64,000 nucleotides of DNA from Candidatus Eiseniibacteriota bacterium (GTDB lineage: Bacteria > Eisenbacteria > RBG-16-71-46 > CAIMUX01 > VGJL01), in assembly GCA_963792585.1 (NCBI GenBank), contig CAWBWI010000003.1:256001-320000 (forward strand), written 5' to 3'. This document shows positions 23,092 through 33,323 of this stretch, in pieces. Each line of letters begins with the position of its first letter. The first letter of the stretch is position 1. A program made the position numbers and the translations under genes. The notes beneath the pieces were generated by a model, which had not been told where the DNA came from, ran no database searches, and worked only from the letters and a program-made list of their open reading frames with translations.

Positions 23092-23287
23092 TTATCCACA
23101 ACGTTGCTCACAAACACGTCTACGGCGGCGATATACGTAGCTTAGGGACCTGCTCGATTCTCCGCAGGCCACCCAGAAGGAAGGCAGGGGATATTGACAC
23201 TGATAGCAGGGTCGGATCTCAATATAAAACAATCAGTTACGCAAGTCATGAACACGCACCACCCGAGCGTTTTCCACACAGTCCACA
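23092..23287. promoter_or_regulatory. DnaA boxes upstream of dnaA
   Basis: Perfect TTATCCACA 23092-23100; TTTTCCACA 23270-23278; CAGTCCACA 23279-23287. Confidence 0.75.
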
Positions 23288-23449
23288 GAGGGCACATGAC
23301 GTTAGCGAACGATACCTCGGTGTCAGATCCTGGTTACGACCCTATAGGGCCTACTTATGAACACCCAAACAAACCACCAGGGCGGCGGCATCCTAGCACC
23401 CGGATTCGTGAGGGGGCAACGGGATTTTGACTGGGACTCAAAGAAAGCG

Positions 23450-23462
23450 TAACAGTTTGATT
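23450..23462 (-). promoter_or_regulatory. IHF-consensus site
   Basis: Reverse complement AATCAAACTGTTA matches WATCAANNNNTTR exactly. Confidence 0.5.
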
Positions 23463-23581
23463 TTTATGATAGTTACGATGGGACGGAGGATTCCGGCGGG
23501 GTGAGAAATCGGATCTCCTGGTCGGGAGGGACTCCTGGCGACCGGGAATGGGCGGTCCAACAAGCCCTTTCCCCCGGTACC

Positions 23582-23611
23582 TTGACAGGTTGAGCTCCCG
23601 GGGCCTATGGT
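23582..23611 (+). promoter_or_regulatory. Sigma70-type promoter for the rpmH operon
   Basis: TTGACA-18 bp-TATGGT, 55 bp before rpmH. Confidence 0.65.
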
Positions 23612-23666
23612 GACCGTCTGTGCTCGAAAGAGGGGGATACCCTCCTAAGCGAGCAGGAGGTGTGAT

Positions 23667-23801
23667 TTGAAGCGGACTTACCAGCCCCATAACCGGCGCC
23701 GGAAGCGGACGCATGGTTTTCGCGTTAGGATGAGATCTGTCGGCGGACGCAAGGTGCTCAGCCGCAGGCGCGCAAAGGGGAGAAAACGCCTGGTTGTGTA
23801 G
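23667..23801 (+). CDS. rpmH: 50S ribosomal protein L34 (below the ORF-track cutoff)
   Basis: TTG start after [50 protein letters not shown]. Confidence 0.97.
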   Translation: MKRTYQPHNRRRKRTHGFRVRMRSVGGRKVLSRRRAKGRKRLVV

Positions 23802-24180
23802 TTCCCCCGCCACCGATGGCCGCCTTCGCTTCCGTCGTGATTTCCATGCATTGTATGACCAAGGGACCGCAGTGCGCGGGAGGCTGATGGTCTTGATCTT
23901 TCGACCGAACGGTCGAGACGATACGCGGTGGGCCATCGTGGCCAGCCGCAAGACCGGCGGCGCGGTCAGCCGGAATCGTTGCAAGAGACTCCTTCGTGAG
24001 GCATATCGAGCCCTGCGGGGCCAAGTTCAGGCCGCCGGCCTGGACATCGTACTTATTGCGCGTCCCGCATGCCGCCAGAGTCGAGTACACGAAGTGCTCG
24101 CCGATTTGGCTGGTTTGTACAAAGAGGCAGGACTGCTGGTGATAGAACTCCGGCCGAATCCCGGCGTGAGCTCCAAATGA
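23794..24180 (+). CDS. rnpA: Ribonuclease P protein component
   Basis: [20 protein letters not shown] (RNR motif), DIVLIAR. Confidence 0.93.
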   Translation: MCSSPATDGRLRFRRDFHALYDQGTAVRGRLMVLIFRPNGRDDTRWAIVASRKTGGAVSRNRCKRLLREAYRALRGQVQAAGLDIVLIARPACRQSRVHEVLADLAGLYKEAGLLVIELRPNPGVSSK

Positions 24181-24386
24181 CGGCGCTCGCGGTTGTCTTG
24201 ATCCGGGGTTATCGCGCGTGCATATCCCCGTTGCTGCCCGCGACATGTCGGTACGATCCAAGTTGCTCTTCCTATGCCGAGGAAGCGATCCAACGCCACG
24301 GATGGCTCAAGGGATCGTGGCTATCCATTCGAAGGGTCGCGCGATGCCACCCCTTGGGCTCGCATGGGTTTGATCCAGTTCCCTAG
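24177..24386 (+). CDS. yidD: Membrane protein insertion efficiency factor
   Basis: [11 protein letters not shown]...HGWLKG...[18 protein letters not shown] overlap with rnpA. Confidence 0.93.
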   Translation: MTALAVVLIRGYRACISPLLPATCRYDPSCSSYAEEAIQRHGWLKGSWLSIRRVARCHPLGSHGFDPVP

Positions 24387-24413
24387 CCGCTTCGCGGCAG
24401 GAAGGACTTAGGT

Positions 24414-26120
24414 ATGGACCGCCGGATGCTGCTAGCAATGGTGCTGGCGATCCTCGTCCTCTTCATAAACACGCTCGTATTTGCTCCCAAGCACAAGGAA
24501 GTTCCGCCGCCGCCGAAGACCACGGAACAAGTACCAGAGGCGCCCGTGAAAGCCTCTGAGATGACTGCAAGGCAGGATGCCGTGCAACCGGTCATTCCCC
24601 CCGGAATGGGGATGATCCTGGACCGGACGGCGGCCTCGGATACGACCGGCGCAATTCGCGTTGAAACACGCTCGGTCATCGCGGAATTCGATCCAGTAGG
24701 CGGTTCCCTCCGTTCGTGGAAGCTCTTGAAATACACGGATGCCGCGGGCCACACGGCGGATCTCGTCCGAACGGCCGCCATTGGGGCGCTCTGGTTCACA
24801 CTGAAGGATGGAAACAGGCAGATCCGGACCGACTCGACCCGCTTCCGGCCGACCGTCACGCGCTCGGGCGAATCCACAACGATCCGTTTTGTGGCGACAG
24901 ATCCGTCGGGCATTTCGGTAGAGAAAGCCTACACGATTCCCGCGGAGGGATATCTGTGCAAGCTTGAAGTGACGGTCCGCGGGATAGGGGAGGAGAGCGA
25001 CGGCGCCGGATGGGAAATCGGCTGGCTGGATGGGTTGCCCTTGCTGGAGAAGGACCCCGGCACGGATCGGATGGCAATCGCCTCCGTTGCGCTCTTTGGT
25101 AAAGAGTTCATTCGGACGCACGGTGGCGGTGGGCAATTCGGCTGTGCGGGACGCTCCGGCGGAGTGAAGAAGGAAGAAAACAGCGGAACTCTAAGGTGGA
25201 TGGGCGTGCGGAACCGGTATTTCCTCGGCGCACTCATTCTCGATCCGCCTCAGGACAGACGGATCGTAACGAGCTGGGATGGAGATTCCGGTACGGCGGG
25301 CGCCACGATGTTCGAACCGCTGTCCATGTCGGGGGCAACGCGACAGGAATACAGCCTCTATCTTGGGCCGATCCACTACGGAACCCTTGAGAATCTGAAA
25401 GTGGGTCTCGAGCGAGTTCAGGATCTCGGTCCGGGAGTCCTTCGGCCATTCTCGAAGCTCTTGATGAAGTTCTTCCTCGAGTTGAACAAGATCGTTCCCA
25501 ACTACGGGCTCGAGATTCTGATCTTGTCCATTCTCATCCGGCTGCTCTTCTACCCGTTGACAAAGAAGAGCATGGACTCGATGAAACGCATGCAGCAGCT
25601 GAAGCCGGAAATGGACCGGATCAACGAGCGGTTCAAGGGCGATCCCGAGCGGAAGAACAAAGAAGTGCTCGAGCTATACCGTACCAACAAGATCAACCCG
25701 CTCGGCGGATGCCTTCCCGTACTTGTCCAGTTGCCGGTTCTCTCGGGACTCTATTTTGTCCTGGCGAATGCCGTGCAACTCCGGAAGGAGCCATTCGGTC
25801 TGTGGATTCACGATCTCTCGGCGCCGGACACGGTCGCGCACCTTGCAGGATTTCCCGTAAATCCGATGCCCCTGATCATGGCGGGCACGATGTTCTGGCA
25901 ACAGAAGATCACCCCAACCGACCCGAGACAGGCGAGCCTCGGGTACATCATGCCGATCTTCATGACCTTCCTGTTCTACTCAACCCCATCCGGACTTGTG
26001 CTGTATTGGACCGTCAGCAATCTGATGACGGTCTTGCAACAGATCTGGATGAACCGATCGGGTACCCAAGCGCCGGTACTGGTCACCAGCCCCGAGCCAC
26101 CAGCTAGGAGCAAGCGCTAG
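24414..26120 (+). CDS. yidC: Membrane protein insertase YidC
   Basis: N-terminal TM, periplasmic domain, NYGLEIL, INPLGGCLP, LWIHDLSAPD, PSGLVLYW. Confidence 0.96.
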   Translation: MDRRMLLAMVLAILVLFINTLVFAPKHKEVPPPPKTTEQVPEAPVKASEMTARQDAVQPVIPPGMGMILDRTAASDTTGAIRVETRSVIAEFDPVGGSLRSWKLLKYTDAAGHTADLVRTAAIGALWFTLKDGNRQIRTDSTRFRPTVTRSGESTTIRFVATDPSGISVEKAYTIPAEGYLCKLEVTVRGIGEESDGAGWEIGWLDGLPLLEKDPGTDRMAIASVALFGKEFIRTHGGGGQFGCAGRSGGVKKEENSGTLRWMGVRNRYFLGALILDPPQDRRIVTSWDGDSGTAGATMFEPLSMSGATRQEYSLYLGPIHYGTLENLKVGLERVQDLGPGVLRPFSKLLMKFFLELNKIVPNYGLEILILSILIRLLFYPLTKKSMDSMKRMQQLKPEMDRINERFKGDPERKNKEVLELYRTNKINPLGGCLPVLVQLPVLSGLYFVLANAVQLRKEPFGLWIHDLSAPDTVAHLAGFPVNPMPLIMAGTMFWQQKITPTDPRQASLGYIMPIFMTFLFYSTPSGLVLYWTVSNLMTVLQQIWMNRSGTQAPVLVTSPEPPARSKR

Positions 26121-26164
26121 CCAGCGTGGAGATCCCGGGAGACTCGGCCCCGGATTAGGTAAAT

Positions 26165-26869
26165 ATGGGCACCGAACCAGATCTGAGGCACGGTGATCGA
26201 TGGGCGGGAGAGTTGGACGCACTTGCTACCCGAATCCACCCATATCGACTTTGTCTCGATGAACAGCAGCGCACCAAAATCGCCAGATACTGCACGGAAC
26301 TCCTAGAATGGAACAGGCGTTATGCCCTCCTATCACGACACGATGCGGACGCCATTCTCAGGAAGCATGTCGCAGCATGTCTCGGATCGGTGCTTTTGGT
26401 TGCTCCTAATGATGCTGAGAAATGGGTGGATGTTGGTACCGGCGCCGGATTGCCTGGTATTGTGCTGAAAATCCTGGCACCCGGACAACCAATAACACTC
26501 ATAGAGAGTAGCCACAAGAAATGTGTATTTCTTGAACATGTGGCGCGGGTCCTCGAACTCGGCCCGATGCCAATTCTTGCCAAAAGAGTGGAAACACTCG
26601 TTGCGAGGGGGGAGCAGTTGGGTGCCTTCGATGTGCTCTTCGCTCGAGCTGTTGCGGACATCCGCGACACCCTTGCCCAGTTTGGCCCACTCGTCCGTCC
26701 CGGGGGAAGGATCGTAACCTTCAAGGGACCTGGGTGGGAGAGCGACGCCCGGGCTGCCGAGTCCGCCGGAATCCTGGCAAGTGGGAAGTACGAGATCCAA
26801 GAGGTTCTCAGGGTGCCTTGGGGACCGGGGCATCTTCTGCTAATCCACAAGGGAACAACCCCCGTCTGA
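26165..26869 (+). CDS. rsmG: 16S rRNA m7G527 methyltransferase
   Basis: LLEWNRRYAL, DVGTGAGLPGI, IESSHKKCVFL, ARAV, FKG; position before parA. Confidence 0.92.
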   Translation: MGTEPDLRHGDRWAGELDALATRIHPYRLCLDEQQRTKIARYCTELLEWNRRYALLSRHDADAILRKHVAACLGSVLLVAPNDAEKWVDVGTGAGLPGIVLKILAPGQPITLIESSHKKCVFLEHVARVLELGPMPILAKRVETLVARGEQLGAFDVLFARAVADIRDTLAQFGPLVRPGGRIVTFKGPGWESDARAAESAGILASGKYEIQEVLRVPWGPGHLLLIHKGTTPV

Positions 26870-26875
26870 TTTCCA

Positions 26876-26915
26876 GGTTTCACGTGAAACAGAATAGGAT
26901 GTTTCACGTGAAACG
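26876..26915. other. Two tandem parS centromere sites
   Basis: GGTTTCACGTGAAACA (26876-26891) and TGTTTCACGTGAAACG (26900-26915), each 15/16 to TGTTTCACGTGAAACA. Confidence 0.95.
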
Positions 26916-27022
26916 GCGTTGACGCCGCGCTTCCCCGCTGCTAGTTTCCGCCGAGTGGAATCCCAGGGCCAGGAGGCCCGGGCGACTTAACGAGATCCAT
27001 CCATAGGAAGCACGCTGAAGAT

Positions 27023-27784
27023 ATGGGCCGATTGATCGCGATCGCCAATCAGAAAGGCGGGGTTGGCAAGACCACGACGGCCGTGAACGTCGCTGCCGCA
27101 ATTGCCTCGAAGGGAACTCGGGTCCTCGTCGTCGACGCTGACCCGCAGGGGAATGCGACTTCCGGCCTCGGGGTGCGCGTGGACGCTACCGAGCGGACGA
27201 CGTATGAGGTGCTGATCGGCGCAGCGAGTGCCGAGGAGGTCATCCGCGAGACCGTCGTGCCGGGGCTCTATCTACTCGCCTCAGATCCACGGCTGGCCGG
27301 TGCTGAGGTCGAACTCGTTGGCGAGCCCGGGCGCGAGATGATGCTCGCAACAGCGTTGCAGCCGCAGATTGACTCATATGAGTTCGTATTCATCGATTGC
27401 CCGCCATCTCTAGGGCTCCTGACCCTCAATGCGCTTACAACGGCAAAATCGGTCCTGATCACGATACAGTGTGAATACTATGCGCTTGAAGGCGTCGGGC
27501 GACTCATGGAGACCATCGAGCGGATCCGTGAAGCGTTCAACGCGGATCTTCGGATCGAGGGGATTCTCCTCACCATGTACGACAGCAGGCTCAACCTGTC
27601 GGTCCAGGTCGCGGAGGAAGCAAGACACTTCTTTGGGGACCAAGTCTATCGGACCATGATCCCCCGTAACGTCCGCCTTGGAGAAGCGCCCAGCTTTGGC
27701 AAGCCGATCACCCTGTACGACCCCAACTGCATCGGTGCTGCGAGCTATTTTGGACTCGCCGAGGAGATCATTGCTCATGAGTAG
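27023..27784 (+). CDS. parA: Chromosome partitioning ATPase ParA/Soj
   Basis: NQKGGVGKTTT, DADPQGNAT, IDCPPSLG, QCEYYALEG, IPRNVRLGEAPS. Confidence 0.96.
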   Translation: MGRLIAIANQKGGVGKTTTAVNVAAAIASKGTRVLVVDADPQGNATSGLGVRVDATERTTYEVLIGAASAEEVIRETVVPGLYLLASDPRLAGAEVELVGEPGREMMLATALQPQIDSYEFVFIDCPPSLGLLTLNALTTAKSVLITIQCEYYALEGVGRLMETIERIREAFNADLRIEGILLTMYDSRLNLSVQVAEEARHFFGDQVYRTMIPRNVRLGEAPSFGKPITLYDPNCIGAASYFGLAEEIIAHE

Positions 27785-28655
27785 GAAGGTCCTGGGTCGA
27801 GGGTTGGATGCGCTGATCCCGCGTCCCGTGGTCGAGGCCACACCGCCGCCGGCGCCGCGGGTGGAGCGCGGCATGGTGTCGGTAGAACGCATTCGCCCGA
27901 ATCCGTGGCAACCTCGCAGCGTGTCTGATCCCGTCAAGATGGACGAGCTGGTGCGTTCAATCCAGGCGATGGGGGTCCTGGAGCCCCTCCTCCTGCGTGC
28001 GGTCGGCGAGAGTTACGAACTGATCGCTGGAGACCGACGGCTTCGGGCGGCCCAACGCATTGGTATGAAAGAGGTTCCGGCAATAATCGTCGAATTGGGC
28101 GACAAGGAGAGTCTCGAGGTCGCCCTCGTAGAGAATATCCAGCGTGAGGATCTCAATCCGGTCGACGAGGCACGTGCGTATCATGTTCTCGCGGAAGAGT
28201 TTGGAAGGACACACGACGAGATCGCGATTCAAGTTGGAAAGGACCGGAGCACCGTCTCGAACTTGCTGCGTCTACTGAGGCTTCCACCGGAGGTGCTTGA
28301 CGCCGTTTCAACTGGATCGTTGAGCGTCGGCCACGCCCGCGCCCTCCTCGGTCTTCCCCGCCCGCAGGATCAACAGAAATGGGCCGGCCGCATCCTCGCC
28401 GACGACTGGTCTGTTCGCGAGACGGAGCGGCGTATTTCCGAAGCGCTCGCGCCCAAAGCCGTCGGATCGCCGGACATCGCCGAGGCGGAGAGGGACCCGC
28501 ATTTGCTTCGCGTAGAAGAGGCGATCCGTCGTCGAGTTGGGACCCAGGTGCATTTGCGCGTCGGAAGGAAAGGAAGCGGGCGACTGGAGTTCATCTTTTC
28601 GGATCAAGAGGATCTGGAGCGAATCCTCGAGGTCATTGGCGTCCAGATTCACTAA
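27777..28655 (+). CDS. parB: Chromosome partitioning protein ParB/Spo0J
   Basis: LGRGLDALI, PNPWQPR, IAGDRRLRA, ENIQREDL, HTH GKDRSTVSNLLRLL. Confidence 0.96.
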   Translation: MSRKVLGRGLDALIPRPVVEATPPPAPRVERGMVSVERIRPNPWQPRSVSDPVKMDELVRSIQAMGVLEPLLLRAVGESYELIAGDRRLRAAQRIGMKEVPAIIVELGDKESLEVALVENIQREDLNPVDEARAYHVLAEEFGRTHDEIAIQVGKDRSTVSNLLRLLRLPPEVLDAVSTGSLSVGHARALLGLPRPQDQQKWAGRILADDWSVRETERRISEALAPKAVGSPDIAEAERDPHLLRVEEAIRRRVGTQVHLRVGRKGSGRLEFIFSDQEDLERILEVIGVQIH

Positions 28656-28664
28656 GGGTCGCAA

Positions 28665-29525
28665 GTGAAGCTTCACCGGCAACTGGCAGAGTGGCTACGC
28701 AAACATGCCGCCGCGGACCGCAATAGCATCACCGTGACGATCGCGCCGGCGCAGGCGAGCCGAACATTCCAAATAGAGCTGCCTCGATGGAGCCTGAGAG
28801 TTCTCGGAGTGTCCCTCGTCGCCGGATTCGTCCTGTTGGTGGCCGGAGGAATTCTTATGGACGGCTGATCCGTGACGCGCGTCCTTCTTCGGGAGATCCG
28901 TCTGGAGAATGTTCAACTTCGTGCACGCGCGGACAAGATCAAAGATCTCGAAGGCCAGATTGCGCAGATCGATCAGGTTCGGCGTCAGCTCTACACAATC
29001 GCCGGAATTCCAGACACGATGTGGGTCGATTCCGACGTGCGGACACCGGACGATCCGATGTCCATCATCGCCGAGCCGGCCACACTCGAGAACGGAATCG
29101 CCGACTCGCCAACAGCAGCGGGAGCGCAGTTGCGCGATCTCCCGTTCCGAGGGCCTGTCAGCCGTGGGTTCTCTTCCGGTCGAAAGCTAAGTCCAGAGCA
29201 CAGTGGAGTCGACATCGCCGGACCGGAGGGGGCGGCGGTCTCGGCAGCAGGGGACGGCGTGGTGGTGTTCGCCGGCTGGGATTCCACCTTCGGCAATCTC
29301 CTTGTCCTTCGCCACGGCAATGGCTGGGAGACAAAGTACGGTCACAATGCGAGTCTCTTCGTTACGGTCGGGGACTCTGTTCGCGCGGGACAGACGATCT
29401 CCCTCCTGGGAAGCACGGGGAAGAGTTCCGCGCCGCACCTGCACTTCGAGATCGTTCACGATGGAGCGCCGATCGATCCGGGAGACTGCTTCCCGGCATT
29501 GTACAGCAAGGCCGCCGGGCGGTGA
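28665..29525 (+). CDS. M23 family peptidase (frameshifted near 28850-28880)
   Basis: N-terminal TM and coiled coil, then HSGVD, YGHN, STGKSSAPHLHFE; the pieces join via YGRLIRDA in a third frame. Confidence 0.85.
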
Positions 29526-29584
29526 GCCGGCGGACGATTGCCGCCATGGCTCAATGACCAGGCGCGTGGCAGATAGGAGGGGAC

Positions 29585-30045
29585 ATGTTCGGCAAATCTC
29601 AGGAAGCAGGGGTCACACGATCTCAGTCGTTGATCCAGGAGGGGGTCACTCTCAAAGGTGAGATGAAGGCGGAGGGGGACATCCGACTCGATGGGTCACT
29701 CGAAGGAACCCTCAGCTCCAAGTCTCGGGTGACGGTCGGGGTGACCGGCGCCGTGAACGCGGACATTGAGGCGGCTGAAGTTCTGATCATGGGGCGTGTC
29801 CGGGGAAAGGTGACCGGTCACCGCCGCATCGAGCTTCGAAAGGGTGCCCATGTCGAGGGAGACCTTACGACCCAGTCGTTGGTCATTGAAGAGGGGGTTT
29901 CTTCCAGGGGTTCTCCCAGATGAACGTCGTCCCGGTGAGTACTTCCATGAGTCCGGGGGACCCTCGGGGTGCCACTCACGGGGAAGGGGTCAAAGGTCTG
30001 GACAAGGACCTGTTCCCGAAGGGTGCGAGCAAAAACAACGGATAG
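29585..30045 (+). CDS. Bactofilin / polymer-forming cytoskeletal protein (1-nt frameshift near 29898)
   Basis: SLIQEGVTLKGE...IRLDGSLEG...VEGDLTTQSLVIEEG; the expected continuation FQGFSQM is in a shifted frame ending TAG 30045. Confidence 0.85.
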
Positions 30046-30056
30046 ATGATAGATCC

Positions 30057-30238
30057 TCCTCCACATCAATGGACATCCGATCTCATTGCGACACAATGAG
30101 ATGTGCTCTCATCCCCACGGAGATGATGCACTTGTCCACACTCCGGGGATAACCGGGAAACGCGCCCCTGGATCAGTGTGGCTGACGTCCGCCGGGACGC
30201 GCGTGGGCTGCGATGTTTTGTGGAGAGTGTGTTGGTAA
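30057..30238. promoter_or_regulatory. Second DnaA-box cluster
   Basis: Six 9-mers matching TTATCCACA at 7/9 or better: 30057, 30132 (TTGTCCACA), 30144, 30177, 30219, 30230. Confidence 0.55.
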
Positions 30239-30291
30239 CCTGTGGCCCCGCTTTCCGATCCGTGGCCTCAAGGAGACGGCCCAGCCCTCCG

Positions 30292-30321
30292 TTGACGAAG
30301 GTCGGCGCGGCCCCCTATAGT
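30292..30321 (+). promoter_or_regulatory. Sigma70-type promoter
   Basis: TTGACG-18 bp-TATAGT upstream of the lipoprotein gene. Confidence 0.55.
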
Positions 30322-30407
30322 CGCCAGGGAAGATGCCTCCTTGCGTGGGGCTGTGGCCGAGCGAGATCCACCGCCAGGGGGTTGGGGTGATGGATGGAGG
30401 GGTGGAG

Positions 30408-32021
30408 ATGAGACGCGTTCACTGGGTGCTGCCGGTTTTCCTGATGGTCGCCGGGATCACGATTTTCGCTTCGTGTTCCGAGAAGGCCGTGACTGCGACC
30501 AACGAGGATACCACCGGGCCGGAAACCCGGCTCATCTATCCGATCCCGGCCTCTACGACCCTAATCGATGTTTCCGACTCCTTGGACATCTACATCGGCG
30601 CCAAGGACAACCTCGAGATTGCGAAAGTCGAGGTCTGGGCGAAGGCCGAAAGCCAGGAGGAGGCGAATCTCATCGCCACCCTCACGACACCGCTGGCGTC
30701 GAGCCAGATTCCCGACAGCTTGCGCCCGACCGACGGGACCCCGGTCTACAAGACGAAGTGGATTACCCGCGAAATCCTCAATGGCACGGTGGTTCACTTG
30801 TTCAGCCGGGCAATTGATTCGGCGGAGAACATGACGCGCTCCGAGCCCGTCGTTGTTCGGATCCTGAATCAGGGCGGCAATCTTCGGCCGCCTCGTCCCC
30901 AGATCACCGCCGATCCTCGTGCCGGCACGCTCGAGACATTCTTCACCTTCGACGCCTCCGGAACGCAGGACGACATCGACAGCCCCGAGCAGATCGTAGT
31001 GCGATGGGACTTCGACGGCGACGGTGTGTGGGAGCACGACTGGGCGGAGGAAGTCCCCGCCACCGCACCCGTCACGTACAAGTACCAGTCCTCCGCCCAG
31101 TACACTGTTGTCGTCGAGGCGAGGAACACGTATCTGACGAGCCAGACGGGAACTGCCACGCTGCTGATCGAGGTCACGAACGTCGGGGGGGATCCAAGAC
31201 CGCTCGAGCCGGACAACATGATCCTCATCCCCGCCGGCATCTACCACGTCGGCGCCGCGGACAGCATCGGCTCCAATCGGAACGAACGACCCCTCCACGA
31301 AGTTCGCATCACGGCGGCCTTCAATATCGAGAGGACCGAAGTGCCTAACCATCTCTACATTCGGTTCCTCAAGTCCGCTATGACCTCCGATCCGCCGCTC
31401 GTGCGGCGCGACGCGAGCCGTTTGGTCCTCTACCGGAATGTCGCGGAACCGGTCGAACCGGACTCGGTACCGGTCGTCTGCGTCGATTTCACCAAGTCGG
31501 CCCTCTACTACGATCCCGATGGGGACTCCGTAGCCGTCCGCCCCGCAGATCGTGAGCTCCCGATGGTCGGGGTGAGTTGGTATGGGGCGAAGGCGTATGC
31601 GGAATGGTTCGGTCTGCGGCTTCCAACCGAGCACGAGTGGGAAGTCGCCGCCAAGGCCGACTCGATCTACTTCACGTATCCGTGGGGCACGACGATTCGA
31701 CCGGACCAAGCGAACTACAATGCGGATCCGGGACAGCCGAAAGCGCTGAAGCAGCGCGGCTCCTATCCGGACGCGAAGAGCCCCTTCGGCCTTCTTGACA
31801 TGTCGGGAAACACGGCTGAATGGGTGAAGGATTGGTATAGCGATTACCCGTCCGACCAGGTGACGAACCCCGAGGGCCCGATCACCGGCGAGTTGAAGGT
31901 CATCAGGGGCGGGAGCTACCTCCGGAGCTTTGCGGAAGTCCGGGTGACGGTGCGTCAAGCCGACTCGCCAACGACAACGTCGGGAGAGGTGGGTTTCCGC
32001 ACCGCGTACACGGAGCAGTAG
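30408..32021 (+). CDS. Lipoprotein with Ig-like, PKD and FGE-sulfatase (SUMF1-like) domains
   Basis: Lipobox FASC; PKD FDASGT...WDFDGDG; FGE fold RLPTEHEWE, YPWG, DMSGNTAEW, RGGS, GFR. The FGE catalytic Cys pair is absent. Confidence 0.85.
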   Translation: MRRVHWVLPVFLMVAGITIFASCSEKAVTATNEDTTGPETRLIYPIPASTTLIDVSDSLDIYIGAKDNLEIAKVEVWAKAESQEEANLIATLTTPLASSQIPDSLRPTDGTPVYKTKWITREILNGTVVHLFSRAIDSAENMTRSEPVVVRILNQGGNLRPPRPQITADPRAGTLETFFTFDASGTQDDIDSPEQIVVRWDFDGDGVWEHDWAEEVPATAPVTYKYQSSAQYTVVVEARNTYLTSQTGTATLLIEVTNVGGDPRPLEPDNMILIPAGIYHVGAADSIGSNRNERPLHEVRITAAFNIERTEVPNHLYIRFLKSAMTSDPPLVRRDASRLVLYRNVAEPVEPDSVPVVCVDFTKSALYYDPDGDSVAVRPADRELPMVGVSWYGAKAYAEWFGLRLPTEHEWEVAAKADSIYFTYPWGTTIRPDQANYNADPGQPKALKQRGSYPDAKSPFGLLDMSGNTAEWVKDWYSDYPSDQVTNPEGPITGELKVIRGGSYLRSFAEVRVTVRQADSPTTTSGEVGFRTAYTEQ

Positions 32022-32096
32022 GCTCGAGGAACCGGGGCTCACGCCACGGGATCCCGGCACGAGGGGCGGACGCCGAATCCCACTAGCCGCCGGAGG

Positions 32097-33323
32097 GTGA
32101 ACGTGGACCAGCCTGCTCCGAAGGACGGCAGACCCGGCATTTCCACACGAGCCATCCACGATCCCGCCGCCACGGGACCTGCGCCCTTGGGCCATCCGCT
32201 CGCGCCGCCCATATATCAGACGAGCACCTTTGAGTTCTCCACTCCCGAGGAGATGATGGCCGTCTTCGCGGGGACGTTGCCTGGCTACGTCTACTCGCGT
32301 TACAGCAATCCGACCGTTGCGGCGGTCGAGCGCAAACTCTGCAGACTCGAGGACGGTGCCCGAGCGCTGCTATTCTCTTCCGGGGTGGCGGCGATTCACG
32401 CAGCATTCTGGTCGACACTCGCGCCCGGGGACCGGCTCCTCGCCGGTTGCGATCTCTACGGTGGAACGGCTGAAATGCTCGCACACATCTTGCCGAGACA
32501 CGGTATCGAAATCGAAAGAGTCGATTTCGGGGACCACGATGCGACCAAGCACGCACTCGATCGGCGGCCCCGCGCCCTCTACCTCGAAACGCCCACGAAT
32601 CCACGGATTCGCGTTCTCGACGTGCCGAGGATTGTGGAGCACGCCAGGGCCGTCGGAGCGCTGGTGATCGTGGACAATACCTTCGCGACCCCGGTGTTGC
32701 AGAATCCCATTCTATGGGGTGCCGATCTCGTGGTGCACAGCGCGACGAAGTACCTCGGAGGGCACTCAGACATCGTTCTCGGCGCCGCGGTCACGGCCCC
32801 GACCGTCGACGCAGATCGGATTGAAGAAGCCCGCCGCAGATTTGGATCGACACCCGATCCGTTTGCCGCGTGGCTCCTCAATCGCGGGCTCATGACTCTG
32901 TCGATACGAGTCCACGCCCAAACAGCTTCGGCGGGCCTCCTCGCGAGGAGACTCTCCGAGCATCCGAATGTACAGCACGTTGACTACCCGGGGCTTCCCA
33001 ATGATCCCGACCACGCGCTGGCGACGAGGATCATGCGCGGATACGGGGGAATGCTCGCGTTCGAACTTCGCGGGGGTCTGGAGGCGGCGCAAGAGTTCAT
33101 GTCCGGATTGCGCCTATTCCACCTCGCGAGCAGTCTTGGTGGACCGGAGAGTCTCATTTCACATCCCGCGACGTCCAGCCACGCCATGATCTCGGCAACC
33201 GAACGGGAGGCCTTGGGCATTGACGACGGACTCCTTCGGCTTTCGGTGGGACTGGAAGATGTTGAGGACCTCGCTGACGATCTCGATAGGGCGCTCGCGG
33301 GTGTCGGTAGAGGAGAAAGGTGA
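32097..33323 (+). CDS. Cys/Met metabolism PLP-dependent enzyme (cystathionine gamma-synthase/lyase family)
   Basis: PIYQTSTF, YSRYSNPT, LYGGT, ETPTNP, VDNTFATP, HSATKYLGGHSD, SLGGPESL, RLSVGLE. Confidence 0.92.
   Translation: MNVDQPAPKDGRPGISTRAIHDPAATGPAPLGHPLAPPIYQTSTFEFSTPEEMMAVFAGTLPGYVYSRYSNPTVAAVERKLCRLEDGARALLFSSGVAAIHAAFWSTLAPGDRLLAGCDLYGGTAEMLAHILPRHGIEIERVDFGDHDATKHALDRRPRALYLETPTNPRIRVLDVPRIVEHARAVGALVIVDNTFATPVLQNPILWGADLVVHSATKYLGGHSDIVLGAAVTAPTVDADRIEEARRRFGSTPDPFAAWLLNRGLMTLSIRVHAQTASAGLLARRLSEHPNVQHVDYPGLPNDPDHALATRIMRGYGGMLAFELRGGLEAAQEFMSGLRLFHLASSLGGPESLISHPATSSHAMISATEREALGIDDGLLRLSVGLEDVEDLADDLDRALAGVGRGER

Noticed and set aside
26165..26600. Lower-GC patch in rsmG suggesting horizontal transfer
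   Set aside because: The gene is in its canonical position, the origin region as a whole looks less GC-rich, and there are no mobility signatures.
31215..32021. FGE-type domain as a DGR target or an active formylglycine-generating enzyme
   Set aside because: No reverse transcriptase or template repeat in the window, and the catalytic Cys pair is absent.
30561..32195. 544-aa minus-strand ORF, and similar long ORFs at 4571-5800, 14983-16266, 39011-40558 and 57984-59237
   Set aside because: They overlap well-supported genes in another frame or strand, as expected at high GC.
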